Assembly: GCF_963921235.1 (NCBI RefSeq)
Contig: NC_086100.1
Coordinates: 48,484,001-48,548,000, forward strand
Direction of reading: 5' to 3'
Length of the DNA: 64,000 nucleotides
Origin: Mobula hypostoma
Lineage: Eukaryota
Positions within the stretch are counted from its first letter, which is position 1; each line of letters starts with the position of its first letter. A program made the translations under genes and the position numbers. Below are positions 61,100 through 64,000 of the stretch, one piece after another. The notes under the pieces were generated by a model. The model had not been told where the DNA came from. It searched no databases and was given only the letters and a program-made list of their open reading frames with translations.

Positions 61100-64000
61100 A
61101 TCATATGTTTAGTGGCAAAATCTGCAAGAACAATCGTGGCTTAAAGATCCACCAAGCGAGGATGAAGTGTTTGGCGGGAGCAGGAGCAGCACAACGCGCA
61201 GGTGTCCAACCTGGTGAGACGAAAGAGGGGCCAAGTCCGGAGTCACCCCATAGTGCCCGGAACCGCCAAGTGTTGCAAACTAATCCCTCTAACATCAAGT
61301 CTGACAGGAGGAGGATCCAGTGGCCTGCAGCTAACATGACTTCACTGTGGAAGCAGTTTGATGAAGGTGTTAACCAAATTCTGGAGGCAACGGCGAAGGG
61401 AGGGGTCGATAGGAAGCTGCAAGCCATGACAACAATTATTGTTAGTATCGCAGCTGAACGGTTCGGAGAAGAGGAGAAGGAAGGCTCCAAAACATCTTAC
61501 TCGAAGAACCAAAGAGCATTGAGGATCCACAACATCAGGCAGGAGATGAAAGCGCTGAAGTCCCAATACAAGGAGGCAGGAGAAGAGGAGTGCATTGGCT
61601 TGGCCCAGCTGATGTGTATACTACGAAAGAGGATCAGGGTCCTCCGCTGGGCAGAGTGGCAGCGGAGGTGGCGTCGGGAAAGGGCTGGAAAACGTGCTGC
61701 CTTTATCACCAACCCCTTCAAGTTCACCAAGGAGTTGCTGGGGGAAGCACAGTGGGAAACTGGTCTGTTCGCAGGAAGAGATAGACCAACATCTGAAGAA
61801 GATATATAATGATCCTGAAAGACAGCAGGAGTTGGGAGAGTGCGACATCCTAATAGACCCACCTGAACTGGATGTGCAGTTCGACATGTCAGAGCTGCAA
61901 CTAAAGGAAGTCAGAGAGGTCGTCCGCAAAGCAAGGGCAAGCTTGGCTCCAGGACCAAGCAACACCTCGTACAAAGTGTACAAGAACTGCCCCAAACTCC
62001 TGCTGCATCTGTGGAAGATCCTGAGAACCTTTTGGAGAAGGGGGAAGATCCCAGAACAGTGGAGAGTGGCTGAAGGGGTGTGGATCCCGAAGGAGGAAAA
62101 TGCCACCCAGATAGATCAGTTTCACATCATCTCCCTGCTGTGTGTCGAGGCGAAGATCTCCTTCAGTTCTGTTTCTAACCGGCTGTGCACCTACTTAGCA
62201 AAGAACACCTATATTGATACATCAGTCCAGAAGGGTGGCATTTCAGGGATGCCGGGCTGTCTGGAGCACATCGGTGTGGTGACACAGCTCATCAGGGAGG
62301 CCAGAGAGAACAAGGGCAACCTGTCAGTGTTGTGGCTCGACCTGGCAAATGCATATGGCTCCATTCCGCACAAGCTGGCGCAGCTCACACTGGCCAAATA
62401 TCACGTCCCCAGCAGAATCAGAGACCTTATCGCTGATTATTACAGCAACTTCAGGGTGGGGGTCTCTTCAGGAACAATTACATCAACCTGGCACAAGGTG
62501 GAGGTCGGCATCATCACAGGGTGCACTATCTCAGTGACACTGTTCTCCCTAGCCATGAACATGCTCACTAAGTCAGCTGAACCAGAGTGCAGAGGGCCCA
62601 GAATGAATTCCGCTCAACGGCAACCACCTATCAGGGCATTCATGGATGACCTCACAGTCACCACAGAATCAGTCCCAGGCTGCCGGGGGATTCTGCAAGG
62701 GCTTGAAAATCTGGTGGAGTGGGCCCGGATGCGTTTCAAACCTGCCAAATCAAGATCGATGGTGCTGAGGAAAGGGATGGTGGAGAACAAGTTCCAGTTC
62801 AGCATCGCAGGCACAGCCATCCCAACCATCACAGAAAAGCCGGTAAAGAGCTAGGCAAAGTGTTTGACAGCTCTTTAAGGGACACAACATCCAGTCATGC
62901 AACCTGCACCAAGTTGGATGGCTGGCTGAAATCTGTGGACAAGTCTGGCCTACCTGGGAAGTTTAAAGCCTGGGTGTATCATCATGGCATTCTTCCCAGA
63001 ATCCTGTGGCCCCTCCTCGTCTATGCAGTTCCGATCTCGACAGTCGAAACCTTAGAGAGGAGGGTTAGCAACTACCTCAGAAGATGGCTGGGGCTGCCAA
63101 AAGGGTCTGAGCAGCACCACACCCTATGGACACCACAACAAACTACAACTGCCTTTCAAATCCTTGGAGGAAGAATTCAAGGTAACAAGAGCCAGAGAAG
63201 TGCTACAGTATAGGGACTCAAGTGACCCGAAGGTGGCTACAGCAGGGATCCAAGTGAGGACTGGCAGGAAGTGGAGGGCAGAGGAAGCTGTTCAGGAAGC
63301 AGAGGCGAGGCTGCGTCACAGGAGGCTGGTGGGAGTGGTCACACGAGGCTGAGCTGGGCTAGGATCCTTTCCAACTCCCCAAATGGACACCAGAGGGAAG
63401 GAAAGGCGTCGTCTAGTTCAGGAGGAGGTGAGAGCAGTAGTGGAGGAGATGAGAGCTTGCAAGGCGGTGGGAATGAAGCAACACGGAGCTTGGACAAAAT
63501 GGGAGAATGCAGTTGAGAGGAAAGTGACCTGGGCTGATCTTTGGAAACCAGAACCACACCACATCCAATTTCTCATCCAGGCAGTGTATGATGTGCTTCC
63601 AAGCCCATCAAACCTGCACACATGGAGCAAGGCAGAGTCATCTGCATGCCCACTGTGCTCCAAGCGAGGAACCCTGGAGCACATCCTCAGCGGCTGTGCA
63701 AGGGCACTTGGTGAGGGACGGTACAGATGGAGGCATGATCAGGTCCTGAAGACCATCACTGAAGCCATCAGCGCAGGAGTTGAGTGGGCGAAGCGGTCCC
63801 GACCCTCCAAGCAGACCATTGCCTTTGTCAGAGCTGGGGAGCAGCCAATACCTGCCAAAAGAATATCTGCAGGCATCCTGACCTCTGCAAGGGACTGGCA
63901 GCTGTTGGTGGACCTCGAATGGCAGCTGACGTTCCCCAACCATCTCCTAGCCACCACCCTGCGACCAGACATTGTCCATATATCTGAGTCTACTAAGCAA
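61100..64000 (+). mobile_element. Hero-clade non-LTR retrotransposon, long frameshifted copy running off the window end
   Basis: N-terminal GKICKN.RGLKIHQARMKC zinc finger; APGP, WLDLANAYGSIPH, GIITGCTIS and FMDD RT motifs; CPLC knuckle, RHD and LRPD; several frameshifts and stops; close match to 9700-10467. Confidence 0.92.

Overview
Eukaryotic, repeat-dense genomic DNA. The repeat set (CR1, Rex1/Babar, RTE, Tx1/L1, Hero, Penelope-like elements, V-SINE/HE1-like SINEs, Gypsy LTRs, a Tc1 derivative) points to a cartilaginous fish, probably a ray (inference). The only intact host gene I can support is prothymosin alpha (ptma): minus strand, 5 coding exons at 57438->53521, 109 aa, all GT-AG introns. 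It has a CpG-island promoter and a 3'UTR that closely resembles human PTMA as I recall it. The most striking accessory feature is a complete Gypsy-type LTR element (866-6232, TG..CA termini, 5-bp TSD CAAAG). Its RT/RNaseH/integrase core has been replaced by an intronless RBM25 mRNA segment (RRM), joined in frame to the gag-protease frame. Penelope-like elements carry minimal hammerhead ribozyme motifs and form an inverted-repeat series: a 2.4 kb fold-back, a 140 bp hairpin with TSD and a 33 bp footprint with TSD. Most short ORFs in the track are TE fragments or chance ORFs. Family names and human comparisons come from pattern recognition and memory, not database searches.
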